The position numbers and the translations under genes were made by a program. From an uncultured Gammaproteobacteria bacterium (lineage in GTDB: Bacteria > Patescibacteriota > Microgenomatia > UBA8517), in the NCBI GenBank assembly GCA_964617045.1, contig CAZTVZ010000001.1:90521-134762 (forward strand): 44,242 bases of DNA. Reading direction: 5' to 3'. Positions 37,054 to 44,242 of this stretch are shown piece after piece. Numbering within the stretch: the first letter of the stretch is position 1; every line of letters starts with the position of its first letter. The notes beneath the pieces are model-generated. The model saw nothing but the letters and a program-made list of their open reading frames with translations. It made no database searches and was not told the origin of the DNA.

Positions 37054-37442
37054 TCGTGATGAATTCCCATTAAATGAAGTGCACCATGATCACATAGTTC
37101 AACTACTTTTTCATCAATCAACACTCCTTCGTATTTTGCTTCCTCAACAACTTTCGGATAACAAATTACAATTTCCCCCAAATGAAGAATTCCATCCGGT
37201 GGATTAATAAATTCTCCTCTTACCTCGTCTGGGGTGAATGAAAGAACATTGTGAACGTTTTTTCCGTCTTCGTTCAAATATGTTTTACCAAGTTCCTGCA
37301 TTTTCTCTTTTCCGACAATGGCAACGGAAACTTCGGCATCGGATACTATTCCGTTGTCTTTGAAAAAATTGGATAACGAGTCTTTTATTTTTTTAACACT
37401 GGATGGATAGTTTGATTGTTTTTTAACATTCACCCTAATCAT
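37050..37442 (-). CDS. ybeY: rRNA maturation factor YbeY
   Basis: NVLSF, LGEIVIC, HGALHLMGIHH zinc motif. Confidence 0.92.
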   Translation of the reverse strand: MIRVNVKKQSNYPSSVKKIKDSLSNFFKDNGIVSDAEVSVAIVGKEKMQELGKTYLNEDGKNVHNVLSFTPDEVRGEFINPPDGILHLGEIVICYPKVVEEAKYEGVLIDEKVVELCDHGALHLMGIHHE

Positions 37443-37882
37443 TTTGCCAGTTTCTCCTTAATCATTGACGAAACTCGAGAGCCGTCCGCAAGTCCTTTTA
37501 CCCGACCCATTACCGCTCCTATTGCTTTCCCCATTTCCGAAGGTGAACTTACATTCATTTCACCCAAAACTTGATCAACAATTCTCGACAACTCTTCGTC
37601 ATCCATTTGTTTGGGCAAATATGCTTCCAGTATTTCGAGTTCTTGTTTCTCCTTGTCTGCCCTATCTTGGGCTCCGGCTTTTTCATATGCTTCAATTGCA
37701 TCTTTTCTTTTCTTTGCTTCTTTTCTAACAACAACCAATTCTTCTTCCTCCGAAAGCTCGTGCTGTTTTGCAATCCTTTCGTAATTAAATGCCGAAGACA
37801 AAAGCCTAAGTGTAGACAATCTCAACTCGTCATGGGCTTTTAGTGCTTCTCCAATTTCTTTTTGTAAAGTATTTCCAATCAT
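37439..37882 (-). CDS. yqeY: GatB/YqeY domain protein
   Basis: KEAKKRKDAIEAYEKAG, E.EILEAYLPKQM, MGKAIGAVM. Confidence 0.92.
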   Translation of the reverse strand: MIGNTLQKEIGEALKAHDELRLSTLRLLSSAFNYERIAKQHELSEEEELVVVRKEAKKRKDAIEAYEKAGAQDRADKEKQELEILEAYLPKQMDDEELSRIVDQVLGEMNVSSPSEMGKAIGAVMGRVKGLADGSRVSSMIKEKLAK

Positions 37883-38199
37883 ATTTCTCTTTCTTGATCC
37901 ACCTCCCCCAAAAAATGAACATGCAGATGATTTACTGCTGCTGCTTCTCCCGCATTGTTTACAAGTCTAAATCCGTTTAATTTGAATTCTTTACCGAGGT
38001 TTATCGCAATATCTCTGACTTCTTTCCATTCGTTTTCTGGGATTGTGTGAATGTCATTATAATGGGTTTTTGGAACGATAAGAAGGTGTATATCGGCTTT
38101 AGGGTGAAGATCTTTGAAAACAATAAAGTTTTCCGTTTCCTTTACTATATCGGCAGGTATTTCTTTGGCAACAATTTTACAAAATACACAACCATCCAT
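37879..38199 (-). CDS. HIT-family nucleotide-binding protein
   Basis: CVFCKIV..EIPA, HLLIVPK, HLHVH triad; start from TATACT 6 nt upstream. Confidence 0.92.
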   Translation of the reverse strand: MDGCVFCKIVAKEIPADIVKETENFIVFKDLHPKADIHLLIVPKTHYNDIHTIPENEWKEVRDIAINLGKEFKLNGFRLVNNAGEAAAVNHLHVHFLGEVDQEREI

Positions 38200-38238
38200 A
38201 ACGGCAGTATATAAATTTCCCCTTCTTTTCACAAGGGG

Positions 38239-39210
38239 TTAAAGAAGCTTAATGATTGCTTTGGCAAGTTTCTCGGGACTGTGTCTGAAAAATGTAGTAT
38301 TGTCGACAAAATCACCCGAAATGATTTTAAAAGATTTTTTGTTTCCCTTGCTTAGATCGTCTATTACCGGAGAGGATCCGTATTTTTTGTACCAAGCCAT
38401 TATCTGTTTTCTTCCACCGTTAATTTTTTTGTTGACAACAACATGAGTTAATTTATCGGAAGAATTATCCATATATTTAATAAACGTGTTCACAAAATCC
38501 GATACTTTATAATTGTCCGTTTCTCCTTTTTTTGTCATTAAGTTCACAACGTATAAGACCTTTGCCTTACTTTTTGTAATTGCATCGTTCATTCCTTCGA
38601 CCAATAGTGTGGGAATAAGACTTGTATACAAATCCCCGGGGCCAAATACAATCAAGTCAGCTTTTTGAATCGCATTTTTTGCGTCTTTAAATAACTTCGC
38701 TTTTGGGGAGAGGTATACGGATTTGATAGGAATTTCCGGTTTTATTTTCCTTCTGTCGATATTGCTTTCTCCAAACACCCTTGTCCCATCACCGAGTATT
38801 CCGACAAGGTTTGCCTTGTCCAAGGTTACCGGAATTATTTTTCCGGAAGCATTTAATATTCTGGCGGCTTCGTTTATCGCTTTGTCCATGGATCCCGTAA
38901 TCTGAACAAGAGCCGCAATCAGAATATTTCCAAGAGAATGTCCTGCAAAACTTTTTCCGTTTTCAAATCTGAAGTCGAAAACTTCTTCCAATGTTTTTTG
39001 GGCAAAGGGTAAATCAGATAAGGCAAGGATTGCTCTTCTTACGTCGCCCGGAGGGAGAATCCCTAATTCTTTTCTGAGTCTTCCTGTTGATCCACCGGAA
39101 TCACACATCGAGATAACGGCAGACAGTTCGAGATCTTCGAATTTCTTTAAACCGGTAAGGACTTGGTATGTTCCGGATCCCCCACCTATAACAACTATCT
39201 TTTTACTCAT
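38239..39210 (-). CDS. yvcK: YvcK/CofD-like (gluconeogenesis factor family) protein
   Basis: IGGGSG, DSGGSTGRLR, PPGDVR, GHSLGN, GPGDLYTS. Confidence 0.9.
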   Translation of the reverse strand: MSKKIVVIGGGSGTYQVLTGLKKFEDLELSAVISMCDSGGSTGRLRKELGILPPGDVRRAILALSDLPFAQKTLEEVFDFRFENGKSFAGHSLGNILIAALVQITGSMDKAINEAARILNASGKIIPVTLDKANLVGILGDGTRVFGESNIDRRKIKPEIPIKSVYLSPKAKLFKDAKNAIQKADLIVFGPGDLYTSLIPTLLVEGMNDAITKSKAKVLYVVNLMTKKGETDNYKVSDFVNTFIKYMDNSSDKLTHVVVNKKINGGRKQIMAWYKKYGSSPVIDDLSKGNKKSFKIISGDFVDNTTFFRHSPEKLAKAIIKLL

Positions 39211-40665
39211 TTAATAGGGCTGACCAAAGTACCAAACTTCTGAATCTTCTTTGCCGCAATATATACACTTTCCTCTCTTGTTCTGTTCAAAAGGCTTTAC
39301 TCTTGTTGCCGCTTTTGTTTCTTCTTTGATAGACAGTTCACATTTGGGATTACCACACCAATGGGCTTTGATAAACCCTCTTTTATCTTTCATTAATTGT
39401 TTAAAATCATCATATGTTTCCACTTGATGAGTGTTATCTTCAAGCAATTTTTCGGCTCTAACCAATAAAGTTGACTGGACTTTTGATAGAAGATCTTCGA
39501 CTTTCTTTCCGACATCGGTAATTCTTGTTACCTGGGCTCCGATTTCTTCGACACGAGTGTTAATCGAAACGGTTTTTTCGTCATATTCCCTTCCTCCAAC
39601 CGCGATTCTGATCGGGATTCCTTTAAGTTCTGCGTCATTTACTTTCCAACCATAACTTTTTTCCGTATCGCCATCTATCACAACATCTCCCGGATATTCC
39701 GACACAATTTTTTCAATATTTATCTTTATTTTTTCGCAGTATTTGAGAATTTCCTTATCTCTTTTTCCTAATATGGGAATTATTATTGCTTTCACCGGAG
39801 CAACTTTCGGAGGTAGGATTAATCCTTTATCGTCACCATGAGTCATAATCAGTCCACCCAACGATCTTGTGGAAATTCCCCAAGATGACTGAAAAACATA
39901 TTTGGTATCTCCATTTTTATCTTGAAATTTAATATCGAATACTTTAGAGAAATGATCACCCAAATGGTGTGATGTACCGGCCTGCAATACTTTTCCGTCC
40001 GGCATAACAAATTCAATTCCGTATGTATGGTCAGCACCAGCAAATTTTTCGGCTTCACTTTTTAGTCCTATTACTGAAGGAATTGCATATACACTTCGAT
40101 AAACTTCGGAGTATGTTTGAAGTGCATCCATTGTCATCTTTTCGGCTTCTTCATACGTTGCATGAGCCGTATGGCCTTCTTGCCATAAAAACTCCAATGT
40201 TCTTAGGAAAAAGTAAGTTCTTTTTTCCCATCTGACAACATTGCACCATTGATTGATAAGAAGAGGAAGGTCTCTCCATGAATGAATCCATTTGGAATAG
40301 CTTTCATACATAATGGTTTCCGAGGTCGGTCTTACAACCAAAGGTTCATCCAATTTTTTTCCTCCCCCATGGGTTACAACCGCAAGTTGAGGAGAAAAAC
40401 CTTCGACATGGTCTTTTTCTCTTTGTAGAAACTTCATTGGAATAAACAAGGGAAAATATGCATTTTGAACACCCATTTTTTTAAACCGTTTATCAAATTC
40501 TCTTTGGATTGTTTCCCACATTGAGTATCCGTACGGTTTAATCACCATTGTTCCCCTGACAGGACCATAATCGGCAAGACCGGTCAAAGATATAACATCC
40601 GTATACCACCTTGGTGTATCAACGGATTTTTTGGTCAGAAGTTTTTTGTCCGAAATATCAGCCAT
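39211..40665 (-). CDS. proS: Proline--tRNA ligase, archaeal/eukaryote type
   Basis: WY..VI....LADY.PVRG, RPTSET, QWCNVVRWE, FLWQEGHT, C-terminal zinc domain ending FGQPY. Confidence 0.96.
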   Translation of the reverse strand: MADISDKKLLTKKSVDTPRWYTDVISLTGLADYGPVRGTMVIKPYGYSMWETIQREFDKRFKKMGVQNAYFPLFIPMKFLQREKDHVEGFSPQLAVVTHGGGKKLDEPLVVRPTSETIMYESYSKWIHSWRDLPLLINQWCNVVRWEKRTYFFLRTLEFLWQEGHTAHATYEEAEKMTMDALQTYSEVYRSVYAIPSVIGLKSEAEKFAGADHTYGIEFVMPDGKVLQAGTSHHLGDHFSKVFDIKFQDKNGDTKYVFQSSWGISTRSLGGLIMTHGDDKGLILPPKVAPVKAIIIPILGKRDKEILKYCEKIKINIEKIVSEYPGDVVIDGDTEKSYGWKVNDAELKGIPIRIAVGGREYDEKTVSINTRVEEIGAQVTRITDVGKKVEDLLSKVQSTLLVRAEKLLEDNTHQVETYDDFKQLMKDKRGFIKAHWCGNPKCELSIKEETKAATRVKPFEQNKRGKCIYCGKEDSEVWYFGQPY

Positions 40666-40669
40666 TCCC

Positions 40670-41782
40670 TCATTTTATCATCGAGTTCACAAAATTTGAA
40701 AGGGAACCTGCTGAGATTAGTTTTCTCAAATCACCGATCGTTATAAGAATAAGGAGAGCGATCAGCAATAACATTCCCACCATATGTACGTAGTTTTCTA
40801 CTTTCGGCAATACTTTTTTGCCGACTATGCCTTCCAAGGCGACAAAGAACACTCTTCCTCCATCAAGTGCCGGCAAAGGAAGAATATTTAGAATAGCCAA
40901 ATTAACGGATAGTATTCCCATAAAGTTAATCAAGGAGAGAATTCCTGTTTTTGCAACTTCGGTCGTTACGGCAAATATTCCCACCGGACCGGCAACATCT
41001 TTGGGGGTTTCCCCTCTGAATAAGCCTGTTACCATATCAAATAAGCTAAGTAATATTGTTTTTCCCCAGAATACGGCTTCTTTTGTACCGTAATACACTC
41101 CCACAAAAGGCCTTTGCCATGCCGGTGGGTACCATAATTCCATCGTGGAAATGACTACTCCCATTGAACCTTCTCCTTCGGGAGGGTTTTCTCTGGGTGT
41201 AAGAGTTATTTTTTTTATTTCTTTTTCATCTCCAACTTTTCTTTCAATTTCCAATGCAACTTTTTTTCCCTTTTTATCTTCAACATACTTCATAAAATCA
41301 TTTGTTGATTTGACTTCGTTTTTGTCAATTGAAAGAACAATATCCCCAACCACCATGTTTGCAATTTGAGCAGGGCTACCTGTACTGATATCCAAAATTT
41401 TTACTCTTCCCGTATCTTTGGGAATTCCGGAAAATGAATAAACAAGTGCAAAGGCGACAATACCAAGAAGAATATTCATTATCACTCCGGCAGTTAATAC
41501 GGCGATTCTGACTCTTTTACTTTTCGAAGAAAATGATCTTTTTGGATCATCTGCAGTGTCTTCATTGTTTTCTCCTTTAAGTCTGACAAATCCTCCGAAA
41601 GGAAGCGCATTAACCGATACTATCGTGTCACCAATTTTTTTACCCCAAATCCTGGGGGGAAGTCCTATTCCGAATTCTTCGGCAAGAATTCCGTTTTTTC
41701 TTGCAACAAGATAATGGCCGAGTTCATGAACAAGAACTAAAATTGAAAGGACAATAATGAAGGTAAGGACAGAAGATAACAT
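40670..41782 (-). CDS. rseP: RIP metalloprotease RseP (M50) with PDZ domain
   Basis: HELGH, LPFGGFV, NILPLPALDGG. Confidence 0.94.
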   Translation of the reverse strand: MLSSVLTFIIVLSILVLVHELGHYLVARKNGILAEEFGIGLPPRIWGKKIGDTIVSVNALPFGGFVRLKGENNEDTADDPKRSFSSKSKRVRIAVLTAGVIMNILLGIVAFALVYSFSGIPKDTGRVKILDISTGSPAQIANMVVGDIVLSIDKNEVKSTNDFMKYVEDKKGKKVALEIERKVGDEKEIKKITLTPRENPPEGEGSMGVVISTMELWYPPAWQRPFVGVYYGTKEAVFWGKTILLSLFDMVTGLFRGETPKDVAGPVGIFAVTTEVAKTGILSLINFMGILSVNLAILNILPLPALDGGRVFFVALEGIVGKKVLPKVENYVHMVGMLLLIALLILITIGDLRKLISAGSLSNFVNSMIK

Positions 41783-42336
41783 TAAAGTTCCAAAAGCTCC
41801 GATTTCTTTTTCTCACCGGCTTCGTCTATCTTTTTAATAAATTCATCGGTAATTTCCTGCATCTTCTTTTCTTTTAGGAATTTGTCGTCTTCGGTTATCT
41901 CTTTTTTCTCAAACCTTTCCTTAATCTCATGCATCCCGTCTCCCCGAACCTGTCTAATCATTACCCTTCCGTTTTCCAGTTTCGAGGATAACAACTTTAC
42001 ATATTTTTCCCTGTCTTCGGTAGTCATCGGAGGAAATGTTATGCGAAGAATTTCTCCGTCGATTGAAGGATTCATCCCAACGTTTGCTGCCAAAATACCT
42101 TGCCTAATTTCACCGATAATCGATTTGTCCCAGGGGTCGATTACGATTGATTGAGTATCTGGAGCCGTGATAGTACCGACTTCTTTAACTGTAAGCTTTT
42201 GTTGTCCTCCGTATACGGCAACGGAAATATCCTCGACAAGCGCGGGTGTTGCCCTACCGGTTCTAATTCCGCCAATGTCGGAGACTACAAGTTCCAACAC
42301 TTGTTGCATTTTGGAGCGTACTTCTTGTTCGTCCAT
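41782..42336 (-). CDS. frr: Ribosome recycling factor
   Basis: IRTGRA.PAL, PWD, R..FPP.T.E.R, EITEDD. Confidence 0.96.
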   Translation of the reverse strand: MDEQEVRSKMQQVLELVVSDIGGIRTGRATPALVEDISVAVYGGQQKLTVKEVGTITAPDTQSIVIDPWDKSIIGEIRQGILAANVGMNPSIDGEILRITFPPMTTEDREKYVKLLSSKLENGRVMIRQVRGDGMHEIKERFEKKEITEDDKFLKEKKMQEITDEFIKKIDEAGEKKKSELLEL

Positions 42337-42800
42337 TACTTACCTAATTCTATACGATAAATTCTTCCGATGCGAACATTTTCGCCGGTTTTCGCTATAA
42401 CTTCCTTTACAAGATCGGAAATCTTCTTGGAGGGATCTTTAATGAATTCTTGAGAAAGCAGGTCTTGTGTATCTTTTGCTTCCATTGATGCCAGCTGGAG
42501 TGCGACGTCGTGAGCCATTGCTTTAAATACTTCGTTTCTGGCTACGAAATCCGTTTCACAAAGTACTTCGATTACGGAAGCAACTTTTCCGGAATGGTGG
42601 ACATAGGTTTCGATTACACCTTGTCCTGTCTCTCTTCCTTCTCTTTTCGATGCTTTTTCAAAACCTTCTTTTTGGAGTATCTCAAAAGCTTTTTTTTCGT
42701 CTCCGTTCATTTCTTCCAATACTTGTTTTGCACGAATAACGGGAGCACCGGTTGCTTCTTTGAGTTGTCTTATTTGATCGGCTGTAGCTTTGTATGCCAT
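42336..42800 (-). CDS. tsf: Elongation factor Ts, short form (154 aa)
   Basis: LKEATGA, EVLCETDFVARN, LLSQEFIKDP, GENVRI.R. Confidence 0.95.
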   Translation of the reverse strand: MAYKATADQIRQLKEATGAPVIRAKQVLEEMNGDEKKAFEILQKEGFEKASKREGRETGQGVIETYVHHSGKVASVIEVLCETDFVARNEVFKAMAHDVALQLASMEAKDTQDLLSQEFIKDPSKKISDLVKEVIAKTGENVRIGRIYRIELGK

Positions 42801-43504
42801 TATTTTGCAGCTTTCTTGGCGGGTTTTTTACCTTCAAGAATAGCTTCCTTGACTAATTCTAATACATAATCTGTTGCTTTACTTGCGTCGTCATTCATTG
42901 GAATCGGATAATCAACAAGGTCTGGATTTGCATTGGTATCGACGATACCGACAACCGGAACTTTTACTTTATTTGCTTCTTTTACTGCGCCGATTTCTTT
43001 GTGGGTATCAACAATAAACAAAATGTCCGGAGTCTTTGTAAGTCCTGAGATTCCACCTAAAAATCTTTCCATTCTTTCAATATCTCTTTCTATCATAAGC
43101 CTTTCTTTTTTGGTGTAATCTTTGTATTCACCGGCTGCCATCTTTTCTTTTGTCTCACTCATTTTTCGAATCGATCTTTGAACTTGTTCGAAATTGGTTA
43201 ATGTTCCGCCCAACCATCTTTCGGTAATATATGGAAGCCCTGCTTCTTTTGCAATCTCGGCAATTTTCTCTTTTGCCTGTTTTTTGGTTCCCAAAAGAAG
43301 AACAACCTTGCCTTCTTTAATGGAATTAGTGAGAAAGTTCAATGCCTCCTCCAAACATGTTTTAGTTTTGGTTAAGTCAAAAATATGGATTCCTTCCTCT
43401 TGCCCGTAAATATAATCGGTCATTCGAGGATTCCAACGTCTGGTTTGATGCCCAAAATGAGCACCTGCTTCCAGCAATTTTTCGAGTGATACTTTTACCG
43501 TCAT
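42800..43504 (-). CDS. rpsB: 30S ribosomal protein S2
   Basis: LLEAGAHFGHQTRRWNP.M, RWLGGTLTNF, DTNANPD..DYPIP.NDD. Confidence 0.97.
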   Translation of the reverse strand: MTVKVSLEKLLEAGAHFGHQTRRWNPRMTDYIYGQEEGIHIFDLTKTKTCLEEALNFLTNSIKEGKVVLLLGTKKQAKEKIAEIAKEAGLPYITERWLGGTLTNFEQVQRSIRKMSETKEKMAAGEYKDYTKKERLMIERDIERMERFLGGISGLTKTPDILFIVDTHKEIGAVKEANKVKVPVVGIVDTNANPDLVDYPIPMNDDASKATDYVLELVKEAILEGKKPAKKAAK

Positions 43505-43512
43505 GGTTTTTG

Positions 43513-43566
43513 TGCTTTCTTAAACCGCCATTGATCGGGAGACCCAGAAAGCATGATCAATGTGTG
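43513..43566 (-). promoter_or_regulatory. rpsB 5' leader with a predicted H-type pseudoknot (probable S2 autoregulatory element)
   Basis: P1 CATTGATC/GATCAATG and P2 TGCTTTCT/AGAAAGCA interleave; CACAC near the 5' end and GGGT between the helices. Confidence 0.65.
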
Positions 43567-43577
43567 ATGAGGGTATT

Positions 43578-44240
43578 TTAACAAACCTTTTTGGCCTTAG
43601 CAACTGCAGCCTCAACCAGGTTGTACATTAGGTATGCAATTGTCATTGGTCCTATTCCCCCAGGAACAGGAGTAATAAATCCCGCTTTTTCGTAAACATT
43701 TTTAGAAAACTCTGCACTTGGAGCTCCTACATCAATACACAAAGAACCTTGCTTGACCAAATCGGAATTAATTAAACCTGGTTCTCCGGAAGCCGATATT
43801 ACGATATCGCATTTCACAAGGTCGTCCAACACATCGCCCTTGTCGAATTTATGAATATCGTATCCCGAAAGAGTTGCTGCAATTTTTTTTCCTATAAATC
43901 CGTTCGCTCCGACAATGCCCACTTTCGTACTCTTCTCACCTGAACTTTGTATCACCTCAAGGACTGACAAGGCAACCGGACAAATAAAAGAGCTGTCGTT
44001 TTTCATTCCGTCAACGTCTTTAACGGAAGATATTTCCTCGATCAGCCTCTCTTTGTCCATCGTGGAAGGAACCGGCAGTTGAATCATAATCCCGTCGATA
44101 TTTGCGTCCTCGTTCAAATCTCTAATTTTGTCGATTATCTGCCGCTCTGATGTTTTCTCGGGAAATTTTTGAATAATCATTTTTGCCCCAATTCTTTCGG
44201 CAAATTTTTGTTTCAAAGACACATACAGTTCACTCCCTTT
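43578..44240 (-). CDS. folD: Methylenetetrahydrofolate dehydrogenase/cyclohydrolase, 5'-partial
   Basis: Frame is open to the window edge (KGSELYVSLKQK); GIMIQLPVP, KDVDG, IDVG, ITPVPGGIGPMT. Confidence 0.92.
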   Translation of the reverse strand, partial: KGSELYVSLKQKFAERIGAKMIIQKFPEKTSERQIIDKIRDLNEDANIDGIMIQLPVPSTMDKERLIEEISSVKDVDGMKNDSSFICPVALSVLEVIQSSGEKSTKVGIVGANGFIGKKIAATLSGYDIHKFDKGDVLDDLVKCDIVISASGEPGLINSDLVKQGSLCIDVGAPSAEFSKNVYEKAGFITPVPGGIGPMTIAYLMYNLVEAAVAKAKKVC

Positions 44241-44242
44241 GT

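Overview
About 44 kb of a compact, AT-rich bacterial chromosome. Gene content and style (short EF-Ts, truncated RF1, archaeal/eukaryote-type ProRS, near-absence of Shine-Dalgarno sites on core genes) suggest Patescibacteria/CPR, probably Microgenomates; this is inference, not a database result. Core genes include gyrB (partial), ppa, gyrA, a Xer-family recombinase, yebC, efp, tRNA-Leu(CAA), dnaB, hisS, rpmE-prfA, rpsF-ssb-rpsR, ychF, cysS, dnaX-ybaB-recR, ybeY, proS, rseP, rpsB-tsf-frr and folD (partial). Many core genes have a -10 hexamer (TAnnnT) only 5-10 nt before the ATG, which looks leaderless, and lack obvious terminators. Five accessory transcription units (A 7974-8649, B 8667-9555, C 14922-14230, D 16208-14947, E 21424-20883) are built differently. 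Each has a sigma70-type promoter, a leader, a strong AGGAGG site, one to three orphan ORFs and an intrinsic terminator. In each, 10-13 nt just upstream of the first SD are complementary to the sequence at or just after the last stop codon, with G-U wobbles valid only on the sense strand. This would close the whole coding region into a loop. I do not recognise this architecture and consider it the best novel-system candidate. Other highlights: a probable replication-terminus region with an 11-6-11 dif-like site near the xer gene, an 8+8 bp pseudoknot in the rpsB leader, an RF1 lacking domain 1, and an SH3 lipoprotein with repeated PQVV motifs and polyQ. All motif calls come from manual reading; nothing was computed.
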